DNA of 64,000 bases from Nemertoderma westbladi (taxonomy: Eukaryota; Animalia; Xenacoelomorpha), in the NCBI GenBank assembly GCA_032718475.1, contig JAUCBJ010008467.1:1-64000 (forward strand), read 5' to 3'. Positions 52,855 to 64,000 of the stretch are shown here, piece after piece. The notes beneath the pieces were generated by a model. That model searched no databases, was not told where the DNA came from, and saw only the letters and a list, made by a program, of their open reading frames with translations. Made by a program: the position numbers and the translations under genes. The first letter of the stretch is position 1. Every line of letters starts with the position of its first letter.

Positions 52855-55800
52855 TTACGTTATGGAGTCCCTAGATATTTGTCGGATTAGGGAAGTGGTC
52901 GTAGGAAGAGTATCTTGCCTTCCATAGTTTCCGGACAGTTTTCGGTCTCTTTCCAGTAAACATAAACGACCAGCTGGGCGATTGAGTTGTTGTGTTACTT
53001 TCTCCGCTCCCTTGGCCTGTCTAATCTCCGCCGTGGTAATATGAGGAGGCCATTCTTCTTCTTCTTTACTTAAGAAGTCGGATCCACCTAACCAGCCTGG
53101 AGTATCTATCAGTTCTTGAGGAGTTGCTCCTCTGGAAGCAATGTCGGCTGGATTAATCGTCCCAAGGCAATGTCTCCATTGATCTACATTGGAGTTAATA
53201 TCGTCATTATCTGAGGAGTATGGTGTTCCCTCAGTTGGGTCGTCCACCTCACTGCTCTCCACTTCCCATTCCTTTACTTGGTATACCTGTTCTTGAGGTA
53301 ATCTCTCTTTGAGAGTTCTACGGGAAGGGCCAGTGAAGTACCAACCTACTCTAGTTCTTACTGCATAGGTTTGTAGTGGCTGTGGTTGAGCAGGCCGTTT
53401 CTCCAATGTCTCTAGCGCCTCATGCGCGTTTTGGCCGATGAGTATTTGCACTCCAGGATAATCTGTGTGGAATCGAGGTATCTTAAGCTGCTGGATGCTC
53501 TCGTCCTCGTCCCAGTTATAAGGTTCTACCTGGGTAGTAGCGAAGTTCTTTATAGCCACCATTTTTACTGACCTTATACTTTGTTCTCCTAATTTATCCT
53601 GGGGGGTGGACAACGCACCTACATAGTAATCTGCCGTTATGGTAGATTTCCAAACCTGCATAATTCCTGACATATCCAACTTAGTTCGGAATTTGGGTTG
53701 TCCAGCAAAGATGTCTTCGGCTAGTTCTTGATCGATGAATGTTCCTGTGCTGCCGGAGTCAAGGAGGGCGTTCACTATGTAACTTTTGGTGGGACCGTGA
53801 ACTCTTACCTGCACTACAGGAAATTCTCTGATTCCTACGTTGGAAGTTGGAGGTTTCCAAGATGGTTGTCTGTCAAAGGTAGTTGGGGGGAACTCATTGT
53901 CGGTGTCCTTTTCATACGTAAGTGCTCGATACACTGCGGTATTTATTAGGTAACAGGATTCGTTGGCGTCGGAGAATTCGTCCGTATAGAATCCTTCCAT
54001 CTCAGACTCTTGATCAGTGTCATTTACATCACTGAATTGGACATGTAGTTCGGGCTCACTTACCTGACTCGGGTTGTTTCGTTCGAATTCACTGCGTAAC
54101 AAGATGTGATGTTTCGCACCGCACTTTGCACACTTTACTTCGGAGTAACAGGTTCGCCGTTGGTGTCCTGGTCTGAGGCAATTATAGCATAACCGCTTAT
54201 CCCACATGACTTCACGTCTGTCTACCAGGGATTTCTTTAGGAATTCAGCACACACACTCAAACGGTGGGGCCCGTCACACAGCGCACATTTTGGTTTGAT
54301 GTTACTCACTTTACCTTGGGTAACGTTATGCACTCTCGTTCTTTCTTCGGGCTTTCTTCCGTGAATTCTCTTAGGAGACGTAGGAGGAGTTGTTGTTACC
54401 TGTTCTCTCCGGTCACTGGTTCGAGACTTATATTTACTTACGTCTTTATAGGTCTTGTTGTCATAGTAGGATTTTGCTGTGTCTTTCCCGCTGTCCTCTT
54501 CCTGAGAGACTTGGCTTTCGCCGTCGTCAGTATAACACTCTGGTGTTACCCTTCTCCTAGAAACGGGTTTCTCACTTACCTTATTTTCCGATGTTTTCTC
54601 TCTGGACTGCTTTATGAGTTGTAATTTTACTTCACTATCTAAGAAGGACATGAGATCAGCCATGGTAGGGTCTCGTTGTTGTTGTTCCATCATATATAAC
54701 ACTTTCTTGTCCCAGCGTGTACCTACTCCACCCTTTGGTAAAGTAGATGCTAAGGCTCCTACAACCATAGAGTTCTCGTATTCATGAGACTTACCTAACC
54801 AATCTAGCTGTCTACAGATCTCCTGAATTTCATCGGAAAATTCTATAATCCCGCTGCTAAGAAACTTTCGGGGCGCCATTAATTTCGCATATAAATACCT
54901 AGCTATGTTAGTCCTATTACCATACCTGATGTTTAATGTATCCCAAACTTGTCTTAATCCATCTGGATGTCCAATAAACTTTAACACCATTAACTTGGGA
55001 GGTCCTTCCAAGCACTTGATGAGGAATCTAAGTTTCTCTCCGTTAGATAGTACAGAGTTCTGTATGCTATCTTTGTAATATTCATTGAAAGATAACCATT
55101 TCATCTCATCTCCATTGAATTTGACGATTTCTCCCACTTTGACCGCTTGGTGGGCTTCTGTTCTAGCCATCTGACGCGTAAAACTTTCTTGAGCCATCGT
55201 ATTATTGAATATAGAATTATCGGTATATAAATTTCTCGGATTATGATCAGGTCTATATGGAATATTATTATCAACAGGTTTATAATTACCCTGAATAGGG
55301 TTTACTATAGGAGTTTCTACTTCACTAGCAGTATAGATGCGTGTAGGCTCCACACCTTGCGCATGAAATACTTCAGACCTAACGGGTTGACACATTGTTA
55401 CACGGGGTGGTGTTATACCCCTTTGTATGTTCACTAATTTATCGCGTTCTAACGCGATACTTTGCTGCACCTTTTGCAACTCTAACCTACTTTGCCTTAC
55501 TGTTCCCTTGATCTGCTGAACAGTCTCTTCCACTTCCCGGACCTGCTGAGAGGAGCACAAACAGTGTTCCCTCAGCTGCTCGAGCAGGAGACCCATCTCC
55601 CGTCGTCCCTCAGCTACCCACTCAACCGCCGAAGCGGGAGTCGCCAACGTAGTAGCGGGCGAGCGAGAGACGACGGGCGATAAATTCTTGATATCTCGCT
55701 CGGTGTCCAGGACGGGTTCGGACTCGGGAACAGTCCTACTGGGCACAGGTAGTTTAGTACTGTTCAAAGGGAATTTATAGGCAGGTTCTGGGAGTACAGG

Positions 55801-56052
55801 TGTCTCTATCTTTCTTTCCGCTTCTACTGTTGCCATTGCCTCTGCCACCTTTCTTTCCGCTTCTGCAGTTGCCATTGTCTCTGCCGCCTTTCTTTCCGCT
55901 TCTGCTGTTGCCATTGCCTCTGCCGCCTTTCTTTCCGCTTCTGCTGTTGCCATTGCCTCTGCCATCTTCCTTTCAAGACCCTGTCCAAGTCTAAGACTCA
56001 TTCTAACACCTTCCAAAAGACTATCTGACAGTGCCCGTTTTGTGTCAGACAT
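52855..56052 (-). CDS. BEL/Pao Gag-protease (1065 aa) fused in frame to an RNase H C-terminal remnant
   Basis: FNGDEMKWLSF...EKLRFLIKCLEG (DUF1759-like), three knuckles CALCDGPH/CYNCLRPGH/CAKCGAKHH, protease ALLDSGS, then QWRHCLGTINPADIASRG. Confidence 0.92.
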   Translation of the reverse strand: MSDTKRALSDSLLEGVRMSLRLGQGLERKMAEAMATAEAERKAAEAMATAEAERKAAETMATAEAERKVAEAMATVEAERKIETPVLPEPAYKFPLNSTKLPVPSRTVPESEPVLDTERDIKNLSPVVSRSPATTLATPASAVEWVAEGRREMGLLLEQLREHCLCSSQQVREVEETVQQIKGTVRQSRLELQKVQQSIALERDKLVNIQRGITPPRVTMCQPVRSEVFHAQGVEPTRIYTASEVETPIVNPIQGNYKPVDNNIPYRPDHNPRNLYTDNSIFNNTMAQESFTRQMARTEAHQAVKVGEIVKFNGDEMKWLSFNEYYKDSIQNSVLSNGEKLRFLIKCLEGPPKLMVLKFIGHPDGLRQVWDTLNIRYGNRTNIARYLYAKLMAPRKFLSSGIIEFSDEIQEICRQLDWLGKSHEYENSMVVGALASTLPKGGVGTRWDKKVLYMMEQQQRDPTMADLMSFLDSEVKLQLIKQSREKTSENKVSEKPVSRRRVTPECYTDDGESQVSQEEDSGKDTAKSYYDNKTYKDVSKYKSRTSDRREQVTTTPPTSPKRIHGRKPEERTRVHNVTQGKVSNIKPKCALCDGPHRLSVCAEFLKKSLVDRREVMWDKRLCYNCLRPGHQRRTCYSEVKCAKCGAKHHILLRSEFERNNPSQVSEPELHVQFSDVNDTDQESEMEGFYTDEFSDANESCYLINTAVYRALTYEKDTDNEFPPTTFDRQPSWKPPTSNVGIREFPVVQVRVHGPTKSYIVNALLDSGSTGTFIDQELAEDIFAGQPKFRTKLDMSGIMQVWKSTITADYYVGALSTPQDKLGEQSIRSVKMVAIKNFATTQVEPYNWDEDESIQQLKIPRFHTDYPGVQILIGQNAHEALETLEKRPAQPQPLQTYAVRTRVGWYFTGPSRRTLKERLPQEQVYQVKEWEVESSEVDDPTEGTPYSSDNDDINSNVDQWRHCLGTINPADIASRGATPQELIDTPGWLGGSDFLSKEEEEWPPHITTAEIRQAKGAEKVTQQLNRPAGRLCLLERDRKLSGNYGRQDTLPTTTSLIRQISRDSIT
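55808..55965 (-). repeat. 39-bp x4 coding repeat (AEAMATAEAERKA) in the Gag N-terminus
   Basis: Visible in both the ORF translation and the DNA. Confidence 0.9.
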
Positions 56053-57429
56053 GTTTGTTTACACAGTTGAATGCCTACGGCTATAAATACAGCTAAAGTA
56101 AGTCTAGTAATTCAGTATCACTGTTAGCCTAATAATTAATTACCGATACTGCTGCTCAGTGTAGCGTGATATATATATAATATATTAGAATACCGGTATG
56201 CTTATAGTATATATATAAGTATTATTACAGACTAGATTTGTCACAGAGTACCGGTATATAATTTTAGCACAACTATATATAAATATATAATAGGCCTATC
56301 GTGAATACCGGTATACAGCTGACACTTATAGTATATATAAGTATAATTATTACAGACTAGAATTAATTACAGAATACCGGTATGATTTCAGCCTAAATTT
56401 ATAGAATAAATATAATAAGCCTATTGTAAATACCGGTATGTCAATTATTTTAAAAATAATTGAATTTCTGAATGTTAGGGGTTACTTGGTTACTTTACTT
56501 ACTCTATTACCATTATTTGAGCAGCAGTCCAACTGATATTAAGACCTAAGTGTTGTATAACAGGCCTACTATTTTATTAATAGATTTAGTGGGTTTATAT
56601 GTACCCGTATGAGGGATTTTGTTACAATATTGAAATAGATGTTATTATTTCTGGGAATTAATCACTACACAAAAGCTGTGCGCTCTCAGTGAAGTGCTAC
56701 TTATTGGACACTAAAACAAATAATTCTACTTCCTAAGTTACTTATCTACGAATTACTTACGATACGGGTGAGATTAAATCTCTAATTAAACACAAAAAAT
56801 TACAAAAAACACAAATACGAATTTTTAGGGTAATTTTACAAGGAACTACAAACCAGTCTAACAGAGTGTTAGATTTTCTGGTTATTACATCGGACAGGAT
56901 ACTACGGTATTTGAAAATAATAAGTAGTAGTAAATACACTGTGTTGTCCAGATAGGAAATACCACCGTCTGACGACCTATAGCCGTATCGCTATAGGTAC
57001 TACGTTATGTATCATGGAGTGTCCCTACCTAGAAGTTAATTACCGCGGTCTACCAGAACCAACGTGCCTATTAACCACTTTACAACACAATACACTGCCT
57101 ACACACTAATTACTTTCGGAAAGCACTGTACACCAAACCCTAAATTAGGTACAAGTACTTATTAAAAACAGATAACTAGCAGCTAAATATACTTGAACAG
57201 TTAAAAGAACCATGGCATCTGCTGGAGTGACCGGAGCACAAAGTCACCAGTCTTTACCTACGCCAAGCAGCCCGTGTAGTACCGGGGTTAATTTAACTAT
57301 AACGGTATGTGTAACAAGCACAATTACTGTAGGAATAAACTTAGGGATATGAATGTTGCGAATAATCGCATAAACTCTGAATAATAAATATTACGCTACC
57401 CGTACAGAATACTCAAACAAAATACAAAC

Positions 57430-57950
57430 CAAACGCTGGCAGACTACCACCAAGCCTAAATAAACTACAGTATGTGCAGATTCCAAAATGGTTAGTTAGT
57501 ATGCATTCTAACACGGTAGTACGACTTATTCTTTAGGAGGGGATTGACCTTACAGCTCTGGCTGCCCCAACTTACTAACTGGCACTTTATCAGACAAACT
57601 CTACACACGCAGCAATCTCTTCAGACCTAATAATAGCTAGACAACAATCCAGCCTACAAAATATCTGAGTAATAACTATTACGGTACCTGAACAGACCAC
57701 ACAAACAAACACAGGCTAAAACGCTGGCAGACTACTATCAAGCCTAAATAAACTACAGTATATGCAGATTCCAAAATGGTTAGTTAGTATGCGTTCTAAC
57801 ACGGCAGTACGACTTATTCTTTAGGAGGGGATTGACCTTACAGCTCTGGCTGCCCCAACTTACTAACTGGCACTTTATCGGACAGACTCTACACACGCCG
57901 TAATCTCTCCAGACCCAACAACAGTCAGACAACAGTCCAGCCTACAAATT
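57430..57950. repeat. ~230-bp direct duplication in the long 5' UTR of element B
   Basis: AAACGCTGGCAGACTAC...CCAGCCTACAAA at ~57431-57660 and ~57719-57948. Confidence 0.85.
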
Positions 57951-58309
57951 GTCTGTACAGACTGAACAGGCTTACACGCCTTCTGCTCAATACTGGCCTA
58001 CAAATAAATAAAACTGACAGAAATAAGTAAAATCTCAATAAAAAACCAGGGCGGGCCCTCCCTGATTAATTATTAAGGCCTACCGGTATATAACTATCAA
58101 AATCGAATAATACTGCTGTACCTGTACTGTTGTAAGTACCGGTCCGGATGATCAGGCAGTCAGGCCTACTGGTTACCGGTCGACCGGTACTTTAGTCTTG
58201 ATCGCTTACGCCGCAATCAAGATCCTACAAACTGTTATTGTTCTTACCAGAACAATATTAAACTGTATTTATTGCCTACACTGCAATCAAGAATTTTACA
58301 AACTGTTAT

Positions 58310-59521
58310 TGTTCGCGCTTTTAAGACCTTTGGCAGTTTAACCCGCCAAATCTATATGTCTTCTAGGTTATAAATCTACTCCAGCCTACTGGCCTATGAC
58401 AAGTATTGAACACCTATAATAATTCTAACATTAGCCAAAGCCAGTCTGTGCGCGACCATTCACCCGCTGGATATACCCGGGAGACTGGATTTGGATGCTT
58501 TAATTTGATTGCGGTGCAGGCCTACCGTACTATTCGATTGATCGTTAATATATAATCTCTGACAAATATTATTCACCTTTTGGGAAATATTAGCAGTTCC
58601 TTTAGGACGTGGCGCTCTATCTATTTAAACAGAGCTATGACTTACACTATACACAACGGTATGTCTTATAGATCACCAAAGTGCATTCTTTAGGAAATGC
58701 TTTGTTACTCGGTCAAGCACACACAGACTATTGCACACAACTGCACACTGAATTGCCGATATTCACTGATTTTAATCATATATAAAGAGAACAGCAACCA
58801 ACATTTGTAGGGCCTATTAAGTAGCATTGAACTCACTACAAACCACGATAATGTATGTCGCAAATTGTTATATGTAACCGGTCTCTCTAACCTTAGTGTA
58901 TCAAGAAGATTGGGGTTTCGGATCGTTATCAATATTCTTCCCAATAATAATATGTAAACGAATGATACAATCAACAACACAGTAAATAGCAGTAAATAAT
59001 GCAAGTGTACTTAACCAAGCTGACCAAGGTGCTGTACCAAAACCGAGACCGAGATAACAGTTTGATGATCTTATAATTAAAGACGCTCTAATGTCAGAAA
59101 ACATTCCCCGGCCGGTGTTCTTAGGCGTGGGGGAAACGTCAGTGCTGAATCATGGGATTCTGCTGTACAGCTTTTTTTACACAAAGGGAAAATCTCTGAT
59201 TGGTCGAACTGACGTGGACACAGCTGATAGATGTCGTCATTTGAGCTGAGCAGAACAAAGAACCAAGGCTCCGTGCAGAGGCTCCACGTGTACAGCTCAG
59301 CTATTAGCTGTCGTCATAGTAACTACACTGTTCAAGAGTATTTCGGCTTTTACGTCATAGAATTGCGGATTATGTCCGCTAAAGTATACATACAGAAGAA
59401 ATTACTTTTATGTCCTCTAAAACACCAGTACAGTAAGGACACGGCCTTTTTATGCCTGGTAAACCAACTACAGAGTACTTTACGGGGAAAATAACCGGCT
59501 AATTACGCAAAATCCTTTACA
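58310..59521 (-). repeat. 5' LTR of element B
   Basis: Direct repeat of 48641-49852; upstream of gag on the minus strand. Confidence 0.95.
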
Positions 59522-59978
59522 GCACGAACTAGACTACTGTAGCGCATAGCCAATAGTACAGACTTAGTGTATTGTTACAGAGCCAGGAAACTGTCTGGTA
59601 GGAAGCTAGTCTGACAATAATAAAACTGTAGCTAGTCTTCTCTGTATATAAGTAGGAACAGATTGCTTAGGTAGTAATCAAGTAGCAGATAGGATAATAG
59701 CACATGTAGGGGAGAATATAAATAATAACAAAAATTAACAAAATTATAACAACTGGGGAGGAAAATTCTAGAATCATTAATAAAAAGCAATGGACAAAAT
59801 TGTAAATTAAGAGGAAAATTGACACATAGGGGAATATTTGTACTAAAATGTAGCAAAAAGAACAGATAGGAAGTAGGCCATCTCTGATCGAAACTAATAA
59901 GATCCTATTTAGTAACCCTCTTACTTAACTGAGCCTTTCTAAGGCCCCACCAGTTCGGTGAGAGTGAGTGGATTCGTG

Positions 59979-62462
59979 ATGGCGGAGAAACTAGTGTAGA
60001 AGAGGAAATTAGAGAAGAGTAGAAAGGAGTTACTAGTGGATTTCACGCAGAGGCATTGGGAGAACAAGATGAAGGGATACTACAAACCACTCCCGAAAGG
60101 TCATAAAGCGCATGCGCTACAGGATCAGTTTAGGGAGATGCACGAGCGACGGCTGGTCGGGACCTACGTGACGCCGTCATTGGACAACGCGATCGACGAG
60201 CATCTTCGCTACGTTGTAAAGGGGGACGAAGCTAGGTTCTGGATACCAAAGTACCCAAGGGAACCACCGAGGAAGGGGTGGAGGAGATTTGTAGATTCCG
60301 TGGAGAGGGGTGGATACATGGTTCTAGACGACGAAGGGACTATGGAGGACGACGAGGACTCGAGAAGGGGGTTGGGAGGATCGGCTAGAACCATATTGCT
60401 GCACTTAGCAGCGCCGAATGGAGATATCTTTCTATTTGACATAGGGACCTACGGAAAGAGGAGTGGGCCGAAATTAAATCGGTTGCCGAATGCGGTGCAG
60501 GAGCTAGTAAGACTGAAGACTATGCACAAGGTGCGATCAGCGATACGCAGCAATGCGGACAGAATTATTGGACCGGGCACCCCGAATCTTCTGGACATGC
60601 AGGTAGTCTACATGGCTATGATGAAACTATAGGGATTGGGATTGGTGGTTAACACAGGACATTACGGAGCCGTGGCGATGGGTCAACTGATGGGACTCGT
60701 CTGCCACAAGCCAATGGACTGGAACAAGTTCCGGGAGGAATACGGAGCGGAACTTGCAAACTCACTCAAGTGGGGAGTGAGACCGGGGAAGGAGGAGCTA
60801 TATCACTTCTGGAAGGGAGCCATAAAGATATATCAGAAGAGATATATCCTACAATAGAACTGGATAATGATAGGTTTACTAAACATATTCATTACGGTGA
60901 CTATTGGGAGGGAGCCGACGGCGTTTCTACTATTGGGATCACCTCTGAACCACAGGAGAGCCTTTAACATGGCCCTAGAAGGTCTTGTAGACCACCCGGG
61001 GCTGAATGGCGAGTCGGTATATTACAATAACCGACACCTGGTGGACAGAGAGGTAGATACAACATACAAGCAATGGAAGAAACAGGAGGCAGATAGGGTT
61101 GAGGAGAGGGGACTAGAGGAGGTCGCCAGGAGAGAGAGAAGGGAGGCAGCGGGCAGAGAGGCAGATATAAGGGGAGAGGAGTATGAGTTCGAAGCCCAGG
61201 ATTTGGATCAGCTGAGGTGGGGATCGGAGACCTCAGGCAAGTTTCGGCTGGGGGACGAACTGGGTTGGATGAAGAGACACCGATACAGTCTACACGGGGC
61301 TGTAAGGAATGCCCATGCCTGCAGGGTCTGAGGGCGACTTAGGAAGGAGGAGACCGAGGGAGGTAAAAGGGTGGAAGAAGGTTAACTGGGAGTTAACGAG
61401 GACGAGTTCGGGGCGATGCCACCGATAGCGAGGATTGGCCACTCGGACACAGACTAGGTTGGTGGAAGGGTGGTGACAGCCAGCAGGGCGACAGCCTTCT
61501 GGGATGCATCCGGTAAGCGTACCTGGGTGCAAGGGGAGCCGGCAACGGACTTAGCGGCGAGCACGATCCGACTGGGCGAGCAACTGGGGACGGCACCACA
61601 GGTAGTGTTTGGAGAAACGATGCCGAGGTTGGAGGAGGACAACGATATGGGTAGGGAAGACAACATCGAGATGTTTACCTACCAGCGGCTCCACAGACCC
61701 AGGATGCCACGTGGAGCCAAGGTCGACTTGGGGCGAGAGACAATGGTACACGGTTGCGATTACTGTGGGAGATTAACCCATCAGCAAAAGAACTGTCTGT
61801 ACCGTTACCAGAAGGGGACGGCGTGTCTTTACTGCCGCGAGTCTACACACAGGATGGGTGCGTGCCCGAGGTTGCACGACAGATGTTCGAAGTGCAAGTT
61901 TAAAGGGCACTTTGAGCGCCAGTGCGACTGGATGGATGATCAGGAGAAATTCCACATTTTCGAAGAGTGGGCCGACGTCGGAGTCATGACACGACAAAGG
62001 ATGAAGGCCCAGGAGTTCTGGTGGGGCTTCTTCAACATTATTATAGAAGCCCACCAGCAGATCACCAAGAGGAGACTACCATTTACGTATCAGGAGGTAG
62101 CGACAGCGGCATCATACGGAGGGTTCATCAACACCCAAAGATATCTGGACAGATGGTCACCAGGAAATAGGATAGAATTCAGGGACTTTCTGGCGGAACA
62201 CATGCCGCGTGCGATGAAGATGATCTTGTGGGACACTGCCAGGGGGAAACACGAGGGACACTCAGTGGGACCACCTGCGAAGCAATACCATGAGTTAATA
62301 ACACCCGCGCCCAAAGAACCGACAACGGGGCTTGGTAAAATGGTATCAGTGAGGATGAGTAGCCTCAAGGGTAAACAGGAAGGGAGGAAGCGACCCAGGC
62401 AGGACGACGATAGGGGCAAGGAACTTAGATGGTTCCCGGAGGGTGTGGGAGGAGCGATGTAG
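59979..62462 (+). pseudogene. Accessory ORF B: DEDD-like 3'-5' exonuclease plus triple CCHC zinc-knuckle protein (single frame, about six in-frame stops)
   Basis: ORFs 60036, 60636, 60867 and 61470 share one frame with ATG 59979; GYMVLDDEG (60327-60335), LLHLAAPNGDIFLFDI, LPNAVQELV..MHKVRSAI, LLDMQ; CDYCGRLTHQQKNC, CLYCRESTHRMGAC, CSKCKFKGHFERQC. Confidence 0.7.
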
Positions 62463-63168
62463 AACTCTAGGACAAGCGATGTCAATGTGCCTGGAAGGCA
62501 CCATATGGACAGACCAGTACAAATAACTCCTAAGTGCAATTAACTAAGTGTAATTAGTATGTACGTAGGTAATTAATCAATATATATATATATACAATAC
62601 ATATATAAGCATAATATACGTACTATAGTCAGATATAACCTTTTCCAATTAGCTACTGGGACTGGGGACTAATTGACTGAAACAGGAGGACGAGACATTA
62701 GACGGATCACACTTCTTGAGTGCGAGGGCATAAACGAGAATGTGAGGCCTGACAGAAGTGCGTGGGGATAAAACGGGTTGAGTATGGGAAGACTATGGGG
62801 AGGAAGTGCTAGGGTAAGAGGAAGCAGAAGGGTGCGAGATTCAAGGGTGGGGAGCGAGCATGGAGGGGGGCGAGTCCTAAGAGACTAATAAGAGAGGAAA
62901 GGACAACGAAGTCCGAGAGATAAAATTGTGTGAGGAATGAGGGCGATCGTCTAAAACAGAGACGCCAGATACCTTGGTACAGCTTAGCTCGCAGATGTAC
63001 CAAGGATGGGTAGTGAAAACAGACCCATGGGGGGCAGCCAGGAAAGCTGACCCCGAGAAGAAAATTCCACCCCACATCCAATATTAGATTGGATTCCAGC
63101 GGAATTGAAAGGCACTTAAGGTTGATGCTATCTTCTCACCGGGAAGATATCATGGGGGGGGGGGGGGG

Positions 63169-63792
63169 TGTAAGCGGATTCAATTCCCTGCACTACCCAG
63201 CGGAAAATGGGCGAAGTGGCATTTTACCAATTATAGTTGGGAAGGTGACATTACCAATAATAATGTCACCTAATAACCAACTTAGGCGATACACGTCGCC
63301 AGCCACAAAGAAAGTTAAGAGGTCATAAACCATCTCAAAGGGACAAAGGGGCTAGCAGGGCTAGCACATGGGGATAGTGGCAGCAGGGAGTGGCAAGATG
63401 GAGATTAATCGGGTTAGCCAATGATGGGAAGGGAAAACAGGTGATTGGAACGCATCTATTGGCCAGGCCACTCAATACAGTAGCAGTGATTAATATGTGT
63501 TAATAATATAATCGTTGTACTTGTGGATTATGATTCAGTTGGTATCTGTAGAGTTGTGAGACTGGAACGATTTTTAACCATCATCGTCATTACCATGCTA
63601 TTATATTCTGACTGTGCTATTATTATGTTCTGTGATTATAACAACTGACACTAAAAACTCTGTTATTCCAACGGCCTTCGGCCTCATTATCCAGACCACA
63701 GCCTTTCAGCAGCCTACGGACGCGGCGACGCAAATAATACCAAAACAACACACCAGTCGGGGTTTAGCAACCAACTCCTAAGTCCCGTCACA
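63169..63792 (+). repeat. 3' LTR of element C
   Basis: Preceded by a G15 tract; direct repeat of 41520-42132. Confidence 0.92.
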
Positions 63793-63907
63793 TTACATGA
63801 AAACAAAGGAAATTATAGCAGATTGGATACAGAAAATACCATGCCAAAGTTTAGAAGTAGTGAGTGAGCAGTGAGCCATTAAACTCCCAGGTTGTAGTAT
63901 GAATACT

Positions 63908-64000
63908 TCTACTACTACGATCGGCATGCTGCATTGCACCTGCATTATATATATATATATATATTACATATATATTAAGAATGCTGTGCCGACTTGTCAA
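63908..64000 (-). mobile_element. 3' end of a second copy of the RTE-like LINE at 45860-48030
   Basis: Reverse complement matches 47960-48030 (TTGACAAG..ACAGCATTCTTAA..ATGCAGCATGC..TAGTAG), with a (TA)n expansion. Confidence 0.85.

Larger units (their letters stand above)
48641..59521 (-). mobile_element. Young non-autonomous BEL/Pao LTR retrotransposon (element B), gag-protease only
   Basis: Two 1212-bp LTRs with about five differences seen by eye, perfect TSD GCACG (48636-48640, 59522-59526), PPT GGGAGCGG on the minus strand at 49853-49860. Confidence 0.95.
41520..63792 (+). mobile_element. Large decayed LTR retrotransposon (element C), superfamily unresolved, with nested insertions and accessory ORF B
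   Basis: LTRs at 41520-42132 and 63169-63792 (TGTAAG...TCACA), poly-G PPT before the 3' LTR, near-TSD TCACA/TTACA (1 mismatch). No own RT or integrase seen. Confidence 0.8.

Noticed and set aside
49036-59494. Duplicated 99, 67 and 87 aa ORFs (one hydrophobic) as genes
   Set aside because: They lie inside the two LTRs of element B; the duplication is explained by LTR identity.

Overview
Eukaryotic (animal-like), host-gene-free transposon cluster. Bases 1-17365 are a head-to-tail array of a ~1.5 kb non-autonomous Helentron (HINE/DINE-1-like) unit. The array ends exactly at a Helentron 3' terminus, inserted at a TT site in the 5' LTR of a decayed BEL/Pao element (17366-33174) that itself carries a nested Gypsy. 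Next is a Penelope-like element (~33680-41200) interrupted by a solo LTR (AAAGT TSD), a DNA-transposon-like fragment and two LINEs. A second large LTR element (41520-63792) contains an RTE-like LINE and a young gag-protease-only BEL element (48641-59521, GCACG TSD). Two observations stand out. (1) The three elements with paired LTRs have no tRNA-type PBS; the bases right after each 5' LTR are instead complementary to an internal site of that family's LTR. (2) Two unrelated LTR elements carry homologous accessory ORFs with a DEDD 3'-5' exonuclease-like domain plus CCHC zinc knuckles. Together these suggest a possible tRNA-independent priming system, which is inference and untested. All comparisons were made by eye.
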